Origin: Angustibacter luteus
GTDB lineage: Bacteria; Actinomycetota; Actinomycetes; Actinomycetales; Angustibacteraceae
Length of the DNA: 64,000 nucleotides
Assembly: GCF_039541115.1 (NCBI RefSeq)
Contig: NZ_BAABFP010000008.1
Coordinates: 124,001 to 188,000 of the forward strand
Reading direction: 5' to 3'
This document shows positions 20,006 through 28,870 of the stretch, piece after piece; position 1 is the first letter of the stretch, and the number at the start of each line of letters is the position of its first letter. Below the pieces are notes generated by a model. It made no database searches and was not told where the DNA came from. It saw nothing but the letters and a program-made list of their open reading frames with translations. A program made the position numbers and the translations under genes.

Positions 20006-23000
20006 CTACAACGTCTCGAAGGCCACCCCGTCCAGGTACAGGTAGGGCCGTCCGCGGGTGCCGAGGTTCTGCACGGTGACCCGGTGCTGAGCCCGCTTCA
20101 GGGTCGCGCGGTAGACCAGGTGGCGACGAACGACGGTGCGGGAGTAGGTGTCCACGGTCAGCCACCGACCCTGGTCGACCCGGATGCGCACCTTGCCGCA
20201 GCTCGGGCAGGTGGTGACCAGCACCCGGACCCGGCTCGACGCGGTGTCGTCGAAGACGTCCACCACGGCCCCGGCCGTGGCGGTCCGGTGCTGGGTGCCC
20301 ATGAAGGTGCCGGCGACGCGTTGCCGGGCCCAGGTGCCGGTCACGTAGTGCGCAGCGGACGACGCGTCGTCCACCGGGATCGTGGTCGAGGCCGAGGACC
20401 ACGCCCCGGTCGCACCGCCCGGCGCGACGGCCCGGACGCGGAACTGCCACTGCCGCGAGCCCGTCTGGAACCGTCGCAGGTCGAACGTGCCACCGGTCGC
20501 GCTCGTCCCGGTGAGCCACGGCCAGTAGGTGGTCTCCCAGCCGGACCGCGGGGAGCCGCCGCGCAACGTCCTGGCCTGGACCTCGTAGGTGACCTCGGAC
20601 CACGCGGGCTGGGCGGTCGTCGTCCGCCAGGACACCGGGAACAGTCCGGTGCTCGACACCGAGGAGCTGATCTGCGGGGCCGCCACGACCACGGCCGGCG
20701 CCGTGCGCCGCAGCGCCATCGAACCGGTGACCGGGGCCAGCGGCCCACCTGAGGTGCTCGTCCCGCTCAGCCGCCAGGTGTACGGGCCGTCCGGCGCGGC
20801 GACGTCCCCGTCGGTCCGCCCGTCCCAGGTGACGTCGAGCCGGCCCAGCGGAGCTCCGGTGGGCAACCGGCGGACAAGTCCGCCGTTGGCGTCCAGCACC
20901 TCCACGAAGGCCGTGCCGGCCAGTGGCGCCGTGAGGATCGCAGTCAGCTGCCAGGTGTCCTGGTGATGGTCGCCGTTCGGCGAGAAGGCCGCCGCGGCCG
21001 AGGACTCGACCTTCACGACGTGCACCGGCCGGGTGATCGGGGACGGGGCGAGCCGCAGCCCGCGGTCGTCGGCGGACACCCAGGCGAGCCGGCCCTGCCG
21101 GAGCTCGACGGCGCGCACCCCGGCGCCGCGCCAGGCGCGGGCCACGTCGACCGGGGTCGGCGTCGCGGCCAGCAGGTCCATCACCCGCAGCACGCCAGGC
21201 CCGCCGGACGTCGGCTCGACCCACGCCAGGACACCGTCCTCGAGCGTCAGGGCCGTCGGGTGAGGGCTGTCCGCCGCCGGGATGGCGGGCAAGGTCTTGA
21301 CCAGGCTGCCGTCGAGGCGGCGCAACTGCAGCGGGCCGACCAGTGGTTGCACGACGACCTCGTCCCCCCACACCCCCACCTCGGCCGGGCAGTCCAGCGC
21401 GCAGCCGGCGGCGAGCAGCCGGGTGGCGGCCGCCGTGCCGGTGCGTCGCCACACCTCACCGCGCGACGTCGACCAGACGACCGTCGGCCCGAACACCGCC
21501 CAGGTCACCGCCCCCGGCAGGGCGTACCGCTCCGCCAGGCTGGCGGCGTCCAGCACGTGCCCGGCGACCACCGCGGTGGATCCGGACAGCTCGGCGAGGC
21601 GCGCCGACCCGGTGAGGGTGGTCGAGTCGTCGACGACCGGGAACGCGCCGAAGTCGCTCACCAGTGTCGTGGACCCGTCGGTCAGGACCCGTCCGGCGGA
21701 GGCCGCGATCGTCAGCGGCGTCGTCCCGCCGCCGGTGCTGACGGTGGCCGCGACGGACGACGGCACGCCGGTGCTGCTCACGGCCCGGGTCACCGTGCTG
21801 GTGCTTGACCCGGTGGCGTCCAGGCGCTGCTCGACCAGCCGGGTGCCGTCGTAGGCGAAGGCCCTGATCGGCATGACCGGGGCGGTGGTGCGGGTCAGCA
21901 GGGTCGCGGCGTCCGCGGCGTCGACCGCGTAGAGGCCGGCATCAGCCGCGGGCAGCTCGTCGGTCATCAGCACGTCGTCACCCTCGGCCAGCACCGAGGT
22001 GGCATTCATGCCGGTGATGCGGTGCGGGTTCGCCAGGGCCGCGTCGGCCGAGTACGCCAGGCGCGAGCTGTGGTCGCCGGTACCGCCCCAGGTCACGAAC
22101 TGCGCGGGGCCGGTCCACGCGGTGCTCGTGCCGGTGATCGCCGTGCCGTCCACGACGAGCACGCTGTCCGTGATGTCGAGCACGTGCTCGGTGCCGCCGG
22201 CCTTGGCCACCCGGTGCACCCGCTTCGGGAAGGGCGGTGGCGTCGTCCCGTTCCAGGCCTCGCTCGCCCACGTCACGTCGGTCGCGGACAACGAGAAGGC
22301 GTGCGCGGAGTACTGCTGCTCGGCCAGTCTCGTGGACGGCGAACCGTCGAAGGGGAACCAGCGGATACCGCGCTCGGCGCTCGTTCCCCCCCAGCTACCG
22401 CTCAGCACGACGCCGTCGCCGTCCGCCGCCGCGTGGTTGGCCGCCCTCGCCGAGTTGGGCGGCGCGGTCGAGACCGACGTGAGCGGGACGTCCAGCGGAA
22501 CCGTGGTCGTGGTCCCGTCGGCCCGGACTCGCTCGAGGACCCGGGCGCTGGCGGTGCCGTTCCACTGCACCCAGCCGTCCGGCGTGGCCGCCACGAGGCT
22601 GACCAGGCTGGGCAGCGTGACCTTCTGCACGGTCTTGCTCGCTGCGAAGGCGGAGTACCAGGCGCCGGCCACCTTGAACATCGCGTGCCCACCGGACGCG
22701 GACACCCCTTCGGTCGCCACGGCCGAGGTGGTCCCGAAGCTGGTGTCGCTGCGTTCTGGCGCCTGGGTGCCGGTCTGCCACCAGAACCACCAGGTCCCGT
22801 TCACGTCCGGCTGCAGGAGCACTCGGTGCGTCCCGTCGGTGGCCAACACCCGGCGGGTGACCGGGGAGTTCAGCTCGGCCCGCGGCAGCAGGACGGTGCC
22901 GGGTGGGTCGGAGACGCCCGGGTCGGGTGCGGCGACGGCGGCCGGGACGGCCACGCTGACACCCAGCAGGGCCAGACCGACGGCCGCGGCCGCAGCCCGG

Positions 23001-23017
23001 GTGAACGTCCAGCGCAT
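20006..23017 (-). CDS. Large secreted protein, paralogue A
   Basis: GGAGG RBS, signal peptide, FSPNGDHHQDTW, WDGRTDGDVAAPDGPYTW and TTCPSCGKVRI. Confidence 0.85.
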   Translation of the reverse strand: MRWTFTRAAAAAVGLALLGVSVAVPAAVAAPDPGVSDPPGTVLLPRAELNSPVTRRVLATDGTHRVLLQPDVNGTWWFWWQTGTQAPERSDTSFGTTSAVATEGVSASGGHAMFKVAGAWYSAFAASKTVQKVTLPSLVSLVAATPDGWVQWNGTASARVLERVRADGTTTTVPLDVPLTSVSTAPPNSARAANHAAADGDGVVLSGSWGGTSAERGIRWFPFDGSPSTRLAEQQYSAHAFSLSATDVTWASEAWNGTTPPPFPKRVHRVAKAGGTEHVLDITDSVLVVDGTAITGTSTAWTGPAQFVTWGGTGDHSSRLAYSADAALANPHRITGMNATSVLAEGDDVLMTDELPAADAGLYAVDAADAATLLTRTTAPVMPIRAFAYDGTRLVEQRLDATGSSTSTVTRAVSSTGVPSSVAATVSTGGGTTPLTIAASAGRVLTDGSTTLVSDFGAFPVVDDSTTLTGSARLAELSGSTAVVAGHVLDAASLAERYALPGAVTWAVFGPTVVWSTSRGEVWRRTGTAAATRLLAAGCALDCPAEVGVWGDEVVVQPLVGPLQLRRLDGSLVKTLPAIPAADSPHPTALTLEDGVLAWVEPTSGGPGVLRVMDLLAATPTPVDVARAWRGAGVRAVELRQGRLAWVSADDRGLRLAPSPITRPVHVVKVESSAAAAFSPNGDHHQDTWQLTAILTAPLAGTAFVEVLDANGGLVRRLPTGAPLGRLDVTWDGRTDGDVAAPDGPYTWRLSGTSTSGGPLAPVTGSMALRRTAPAVVVAAPQISSSVSSTGLFPVSWRTTTAQPAWSEVTYEVQARTLRGGSPRSGWETTYWPWLTGTSATGGTFDLRRFQTGSRQWQFRVRAVAPGGATGAWSSASTTIPVDDASSAAHYVTGTWARQRVAGTFMGTQHRTATAGAVVDVFDDTASSRVRVLVTTCPSCGKVRIRVDQGRWLTVDTYSRTVVRRHLVYRATLKRAQHRVTVQNLGTRGRPYLYLDGVAFETL

Positions 23018-23131
23018 GTTTCCTCCACACGCCTTGCGGCGCGCATCTCGAGCGTCGGGGCCCCCGCGCCACCGAGACGATAACGGCTGCTCGTCCTGAT
23101 CGAGGGCGAACGGGGTCGCCGGACCTGCGCG

Positions 23132-26100
23132 CTAGCTGTCTTCCGCGAGCCGCCAGCCCAGCGAGCCCGGGTCGGCGAGCACCTCCGCGAGCAGGTAGCG
23201 GGCCGACCACGCCCCGGCGGCCCACGCCAACGCCCGCGCCAACCCGTCCGACGTCGCCGCGTGCGCGGCGCCGTCGACGTCCACCCACCAGTCCACGGCG
23301 TGCCCGTCGACGGTCAGCGCGTCGTGCTCGACCCACGTCCTCGGGGCCGTCGGGAGGAGCGCGCGGACGACGTCCGAGACGTCGGCCCGCGACCCGGCGC
23401 TGGTCACCGCACCGTCCGCCCGCTCACCGGCCAGGTCGAGGTCGAGCAGGTCGGCCAGCGCCGGCGCTCGGTCGAAGGGCGCCACCACGAGGCCGCCGAG
23501 GTCGCCGCGCTGCAACCACCGCGGGTCGTCGGGGACCACTGCGGCCGACGCGTCCGACATCCGGATCCGGTCGCCGTCCAGCACCCGAAGCCGTTGCGGC
23601 ACGGGCAGATCGACGCCGTCAAAGGTGGCGAGCAGGCGCCACAGCCGTAGACAGGCCACGACGTCCAGGTCACGTTCGGGGTCGCTCAATGCGGCCAGCA
23701 ACCGGCCGGCGACCGCCGCGCCCGGCTGCTGCCCGCCGGTCGGCTCGAGGACGCCCAGGGCGACTCGCACCTGCGGGTCGACGTCCCGACACCAGTCCGG
23801 CGCCTGACCCAGGACCCCGCCCAGGTCGTCGGCCCCCGGCGGCACGGTGCCGGCCAGGCCCAGCTCACGCTGCAGCCACCAGGCCGTGTACGACGGCGCG
23901 CTACTCACCCGCTCAGCCGCCACTCGCTCACCCGCGCGCACCCGCACCGGCTCCAGCAGCGCCCGTCGCAGCTCCGGCTCGGACGCCAGGTGCCGCACCA
24001 GCTCCGGCCAGCGATCGGGGCGGACGACGTCCAGGTCGCGCACCGCCGCCACCGGCCCGACGACATCGCCCCCGACGACCTCGCCCGAGCGCAGCAGCTC
24101 GTCGGCCCAGTCGTCGAAGCCGTCGAGGTCGGCGAGTGCCTCGGGCGGGTCGCGCAGGTCCGGGTCCTGCACCACGACCGCAGCCAGGCCGTCCAGGACC
24201 CCCACCGCCGCCAGCGCGGCCCGCGGCCAGCGGGAGACCGCGTCCTGGCGCAGCACACCGATCTCGTCGCCGTCCAGCAGGTCGGCGGCGACCGAGCCGG
24301 GCATGGCCAGCAGGCCGGCTGGGGTCGGCTCGCCGTCCTCGTCGGGCAGCGGCAGGTCGCGCAGCCACTCGAGGTCGCCCTGCTCAGCGGTCAGGAGCCC
24401 TTGGGCGCCAACGGCGGCCGCGACCAGGGCCAGCACCGCGTCGACGACCTGGTCCGGCTCGGCGGCCTCGTCGTCCGCGACCTGCTCGACGGCGGTTCGC
24501 ACCGCGGGGTCGTCCAGAACCTCCCGGGCGGACGCCGGACGCGCACCCAGCCGCTCCAGCAGCGGGTGCGCCGCCTCGGGGTGCACGACCCGCAGACCGA
24601 ACGGCGCCAACGCTTCCAGCGCCGTGGCGGGCAGCTGGCCAGGGCCGCCGAGCAGCAGTCCGCGAGCCCCGCGCACCACCCGTCCGTCGGCCAGCGGCAC
24701 CGGCAGCGCGGCCAGGGCCTCGCGCGCGTTGGCGTCCACGGCAAGCGGTGACAGGGCCTCGTAGAGGGCGAGCCAGGACGCCGGGTCGCCTTGTGCGGGA
24801 AGGGTTTCCACCACATCGGCGAGGGGCGTCACGGCCACGTCGAGGGCCCGCAGCACCGCCCGCGCCGAGGCTGGTGCGCGGACCAGTCCGGCCACTCGCG
24901 GCGCCAGCGCCTCGAGCGCGGCCGGATCGGCGTCGACGTCGAGCGCGACAGCGTCCCGGGGACGCAGCGCCCGACCGTCCTGGACGCCGCGCAGGATCGG
25001 CGCGCCGACCAGGACGCGCAGCACCTGCTCACGCAGGGCACCGTCCAGCGCGCCGGCGGGCAGTCCGACGGGGACCAGCGCCAGGACGTCCTGCTCGACG
25101 TCCTGCTCGACGTCCGCCCCACCGCCGGCCAGCTCGGTGAGCAGCTCGGCGTACGCCGTGGCGCACTCGCTGACCAGTCGGTCGGCCAGGGGCCCGGCCG
25201 CGACGTGCCGACGGGTCGGGTCCAGGGGCAGGGTGGCGAGCAGGAGGGCCGGCAGCGAGATCGGCTCGTCCGTGGGCGTCGGGGCGTGCAGCGTGCGGGG
25301 TACCGGCTGCGACGGGTCGCGGGGCACGGCCCACAGCACCTGCCATCCCCGCTGTCGCCGTTCCTCGGTGGGACGGTCGGCCAGGAGGTCGGCGCGCTCG
25401 GCCGGCGACCAGTCACCGGCCCTTCGGTGCACCCGCCAGCGGTCACCGGCCCTGGTCAGCACCCGACGGCTCCCGCCGACGTCCAGCACCACCTCCGTGA
25501 GCGCCGGCAGCGCGAGCAGCAGGGCGTCGTCCACGGCGTCCAGCTGGGCGCGGACCACGTCCGCGGCGGCCTCGTCGCGCAGCGGCAGGACGACCGCCGT
25601 GTCGAAGCCGACCGGTGGCTCTCCCGCGGCGGCGAACGGCAGCCGCAGCACCGGCACGTGGCCGTCGCGGCGCTGGACCTCGGCGCCGAGCGCGGGGGCG
25701 CCGACGGCGGCGGCCGCGACCAGGTCCGCGGTGTCGTCGCGGGAGAACCGCACCCCGCCGGTCCGGGACAGCACGGCCGGCTCGTCGCTGACCGCCAGGA
25801 CCGCGGCGAAGCCCACGCCGAACCGGCCGACGCTGCCGGGCGCCGCGTCAGCACTGTCAGCACTGCCCTCGTCCGTCAGGCGTTTCGCGGAGGCCCGCAG
25901 GGTCGCGAGGGACTGCACGCCGTCCGCGTCCAGCGGTGCCCCGGTGTTGGCCGCGACGAGCACCGGGGTCTCCCCGGGCCGCTCGGCCAGCGTGAGTGAC
26001 AGCCGGCCCGGCACGCCCGCCCGGCTGGCGGCGTCGGCCGCGTTCTGGGCCAGCTCCACGACGAGCCGGTCGCGGTAGCCCCCGAGGGCCAGGTCCTCCT

Positions 26101-26194
26101 CGGCGTTCGCGTCCTCGCGCAGCCGGACGGGGGCCGCGGACCAGCCGGCCAGCACCCGCTGCCGGATGCCGGCCGTGCCGAACGGGTCGGTCAC
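23132..26194 (-). CDS. Sacsin N-terminal (GHKL ATPase-like) domain protein
   Basis: VELAQNAADA, ANTGAPL and GRFGVGF GHKL motifs. GTGA overlap with the DUF3027 stop. Confidence 0.85.
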   Translation of the reverse strand: MTDPFGTAGIRQRVLAGWSAAPVRLREDANAEEDLALGGYRDRLVVELAQNAADAASRAGVPGRLSLTLAERPGETPVLVAANTGAPLDADGVQSLATLRASAKRLTDEGSADSADAAPGSVGRFGVGFAAVLAVSDEPAVLSRTGGVRFSRDDTADLVAAAAVGAPALGAEVQRRDGHVPVLRLPFAAAGEPPVGFDTAVVLPLRDEAAADVVRAQLDAVDDALLLALPALTEVVLDVGGSRRVLTRAGDRWRVHRRAGDWSPAERADLLADRPTEERRQRGWQVLWAVPRDPSQPVPRTLHAPTPTDEPISLPALLLATLPLDPTRRHVAAGPLADRLVSECATAYAELLTELAGGGADVEQDVEQDVLALVPVGLPAGALDGALREQVLRVLVGAPILRGVQDGRALRPRDAVALDVDADPAALEALAPRVAGLVRAPASARAVLRALDVAVTPLADVVETLPAQGDPASWLALYEALSPLAVDANAREALAALPVPLADGRVVRGARGLLLGGPGQLPATALEALAPFGLRVVHPEAAHPLLERLGARPASAREVLDDPAVRTAVEQVADDEAAEPDQVVDAVLALVAAAVGAQGLLTAEQGDLEWLRDLPLPDEDGEPTPAGLLAMPGSVAADLLDGDEIGVLRQDAVSRWPRAALAAVGVLDGLAAVVVQDPDLRDPPEALADLDGFDDWADELLRSGEVVGGDVVGPVAAVRDLDVVRPDRWPELVRHLASEPELRRALLEPVRVRAGERVAAERVSSAPSYTAWWLQRELGLAGTVPPGADDLGGVLGQAPDWCRDVDPQVRVALGVLEPTGGQQPGAAVAGRLLAALSDPERDLDVVACLRLWRLLATFDGVDLPVPQRLRVLDGDRIRMSDASAAVVPDDPRWLQRGDLGGLVVAPFDRAPALADLLDLDLAGERADGAVTSAGSRADVSDVVRALLPTAPRTWVEHDALTVDGHAVDWWVDVDGAAHAATSDGLARALAWAAGAWSARYLLAEVLADPGSLGWRLAEDS

Positions 26195-26982
26195 TCGAGC
26201 TCGACGGACTCGTACCCCAGCTCGTCCAGCACGGGGGGCTCGACGACCTCGGGGCGGTGCTCGACGTCCACCTCGCTGTGCGCGCCGCAGCCGTGGTCGA
26301 GGCTGACCACGGACCCGTCCGAGGGCGACCACTCGTTGGCGCACACCCCGAAGACCTGGCGCAGCGCGCCAGCCATCGGCACGAAGTAGCCGCAGGTCGT
26401 GCACTTCGCCGGGGCCTGCTCGGCGTGCGGGTCCCGCGGACCGTGCGTGCCGTCGTACCAGCGCTGGGCGGCGTCCTCGCGGCCGAGCAGCGACAGCACG
26501 CGCGGCCGGCCCAGGCCGAGCTCGTACAGCGCGAGCTCGTCGGACTCCTCGTCGCCCGTCGCCGCGTAGCCCTCCTCCAGGAAGGGGTCGTCGACCCGCT
26601 TGGGCAGCACGTCGCCCGGCGATACGTCGCCGGGCGCCAACCGGTCGGCCCAGGGCAGCCACTGCGGCGACAGCAGTGCACCGTCGCCGGGCAGCAGGTT
26701 CACCTCGCTGACCGTGACGGTCTTCGAGCGCGACACCCGCGACAGGGTGACCACCCAGCGCCACCCTCGGTAGCCCGCGGAGGTGCAGGCGAAGGAGTGG
26801 CTGACCAGCCGCTCCCCCTCAGCCGTCAGGCCCAGGTGCTCACCGACCGAACCGCCCTCCGCGACGTCCCGGGCCGCCGCCAGCGCGACGTCCACGGCGT
26901 CGGCCAGCACGGCGTCGACGGGCGCCGTGCGGGCGCGCGGGGTCTGGACGGTCTCGACGCTGGTGGGGGCAGGGCTCGACAT
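26191..26982 (-). CDS. DUF3027 domain protein (Rv0877-like)
   Basis: GYRGWRWVVTL, LLSPQWLPWADRL, and CTTCGY..GVCANE..DGSVVSLDHGCGAHSE. Confidence 0.9.
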   Translation of the reverse strand: MSSPAPTSVETVQTPRARTAPVDAVLADAVDVALAAARDVAEGGSVGEHLGLTAEGERLVSHSFACTSAGYRGWRWVVTLSRVSRSKTVTVSEVNLLPGDGALLSPQWLPWADRLAPGDVSPGDVLPKRVDDPFLEEGYAATGDEESDELALYELGLGRPRVLSLLGREDAAQRWYDGTHGPRDPHAEQAPAKCTTCGYFVPMAGALRQVFGVCANEWSPSDGSVVSLDHGCGAHSEVDVEHRPEVVEPPVLDELGYESVELE

Positions 26983-27032
26983 GGACCGAGTGTCTCCTAC
27001 CCGACGCACGATGGCGAACAAGGCCCGGCAGG

Positions 27033-28376
27033 ATGGGTGACGTGCCACCTGACACCCAGCGCGCCGCCAAGCGGGTCGCGGGTGCCTCGAAGCGGGCCGT
27101 CGGGGCGACCGGACGGCGGGTCCGCCGGCTGACCCGGGCCCAGGGGGCCGGCGAGTCGGGCCTGGCCAAGGTCATCGAGCTGCACGGGGTGTCCGCAGCG
27201 GGCGACGCCCTCGTGCTGCTCGCGCTGGCCAACACGGTGTTCTTCTCGGTGCCGGTGGGCGAGGCCCGGGGCCGCGTCGCGCTGTACCTGCTCGTGACGA
27301 TGCTGCCCTTCTCGATCCTGGCGCCCATCCTGGGGCCGCTGCTGGACCGGTACCGGCACGGCCGCCGCTACGCGCTCGCGGTCACCTTCGTGTCGCGGGC
27401 CTTCCTGGCCTGGGTGATGGCCGGTGCCGTGGCGGGCGGGAAGGAGGCGTTCGCCCTGTATCCCGCTGCGTTCGGCTACCTGGTCGCGACCAAGGCCTAC
27501 AGCGTCACCCGGGCGGCGGCCATCCCACGCGTCCAGCCGCGCGGGGTGAGCCTCGTGACGGCAAACTCCCGCGTGCTGCTGGGCGGCATCGTGGCGGTGA
27601 CCATCGCCACCCCGATCGGCTTCCTGCTCATGCAGGCCGGCCCGGAGTGGGTGCTGCGTTTCGCCTTCGTGGTCTTCGGGGTGGGTACCGGCCTGTCCCT
27701 CGCGCTGCCCCGCCGGGTGGACTCGGCGGTCGGCGAGGTCGGCGCGCGGCTGTCCTCGGACGACACGGCCGAGATCCCCGTCGGCTCCCGCACGGCGCGC
27801 TGGAACATCGGCCCGCGGGTCGTGCTGGGGCTGCGCGCGGTGGCGACCCTGCGCTGGTTCACCGGCTTCCTGACGTTCTTCCTCGCGTTCGCGTTGCGCA
27901 CCGACCCGGTGTCGGACTCGCTGCCGCTGCTGGCCTCCATCGGCCTGGTGGTGGGCGCGGCCGGCGTCGGCAACACGATCGGGACGTCGCTGGGCGCACT
28001 GCTGCGCCGGCTGCGGCCCGAGCTGGTCGTCACCGCCATGCTCGTGCTGGCCGCGGTCGGCGCGACGGTGGGCGCGCTCTGGTACGGCCTGGTCGCCGTC
28101 CTGGTGACCGGGCTGTGCGCCGGACTGGCCGCCGCGCTCGGCAAGCTGTCGCTGGACGCCCTGATCCAGATCGAGGTGCCCGAGGACGTCCGCTCCTCCG
28201 CCTTCGCCCGCTCCGAGACCGTGCTGCAGCTGGCCTGGGTGGTCGGCGGTGGGGTGGGGATCGCGTTGCCGGTCAGCGGCGAGTGGGGCCTGGCCGTGGC
28301 GGCCGTCGCCCTGCTCGGGTCGCTGGCCGTGACGCTGCGGTCCCTCGTGCGGACGCGCCGTCCGCACCCCGCCTAA
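27033..28376 (+). CDS. MFS transporter (Rv0876c-like)
   Basis: ALANTVFF, RVALYLLVTMLPF..GPLLDR and AFARSETVLQLAWV. Confidence 0.85.
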   Translation: MGDVPPDTQRAAKRVAGASKRAVGATGRRVRRLTRAQGAGESGLAKVIELHGVSAAGDALVLLALANTVFFSVPVGEARGRVALYLLVTMLPFSILAPILGPLLDRYRHGRRYALAVTFVSRAFLAWVMAGAVAGGKEAFALYPAAFGYLVATKAYSVTRAAAIPRVQPRGVSLVTANSRVLLGGIVAVTIATPIGFLLMQAGPEWVLRFAFVVFGVGTGLSLALPRRVDSAVGEVGARLSSDDTAEIPVGSRTARWNIGPRVVLGLRAVATLRWFTGFLTFFLAFALRTDPVSDSLPLLASIGLVVGAAGVGNTIGTSLGALLRRLRPELVVTAMLVLAAVGATVGALWYGLVAVLVTGLCAGLAAALGKLSLDALIQIEVPEDVRSSAFARSETVLQLAWVVGGGVGIALPVSGEWGLAVAAVALLGSLAVTLRSLVRTRRPHPA

Positions 28377-28756
28377 GCGTCCAGATCGTCCGCGACGGCC
28401 CGCAGCAGCGAGGCGTACTTGGCGCCGGCCGCCTTGTCCGGGTAGCGCCCCCGGCGCAGGCCGTTGCCGATGCCGTCGAGGACCTTGATCAGGTCCTCCA
28501 CGATGACGCCGAGGTCGTCGGCCGGACGACGGGTGCGGGCCGCCACCGAGGGCGGGGCGTCGAGCAGCTGCACGGACAGCGCCTGCGCGCCGCGGCGTCC
28601 CTCGACCACGCTGAACTCGACCTTGGCGCCGCCCTTGACGGCGGTGGTGCCGGACGGCAGCGCCGAGCTGGGCAGGAAGACGTCGCCGCCCTCGTCCGAG
28701 CTGATGAACCCGAACCCCTTGGCCGTGTCGAACCACTTGACCTTGCCAGTCGGCAC
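28373..28756 (-). CDS. cspB: Cold-shock domain protein (actinobacterial CspB type with C-terminal extension)
   Basis: MPTGKVKWFDTAKGFGFI..DVFL (RNP motifs) and a GRYP C-terminal helix. Confidence 0.9.
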   Translation of the reverse strand: MPTGKVKWFDTAKGFGFISSDEGGDVFLPSSALPSGTTAVKGGAKVEFSVVEGRRGAQALSVQLLDAPPSVAARTRRPADDLGVIVEDLIKVLDGIGNGLRRGRYPDKAAGAKYASLLRAVADDLDA

Positions 28757-28870
28757 CGTGAACCCCTCGCATCGTGCAGGAAGGGCGTGCCGCCTCGCGA
28801 GGAGACCGCACGCCCGAGATCGACATCAGGGTATCGCCCGTGTCCAGCCCGTTCTGACCAGTCGATCTGC

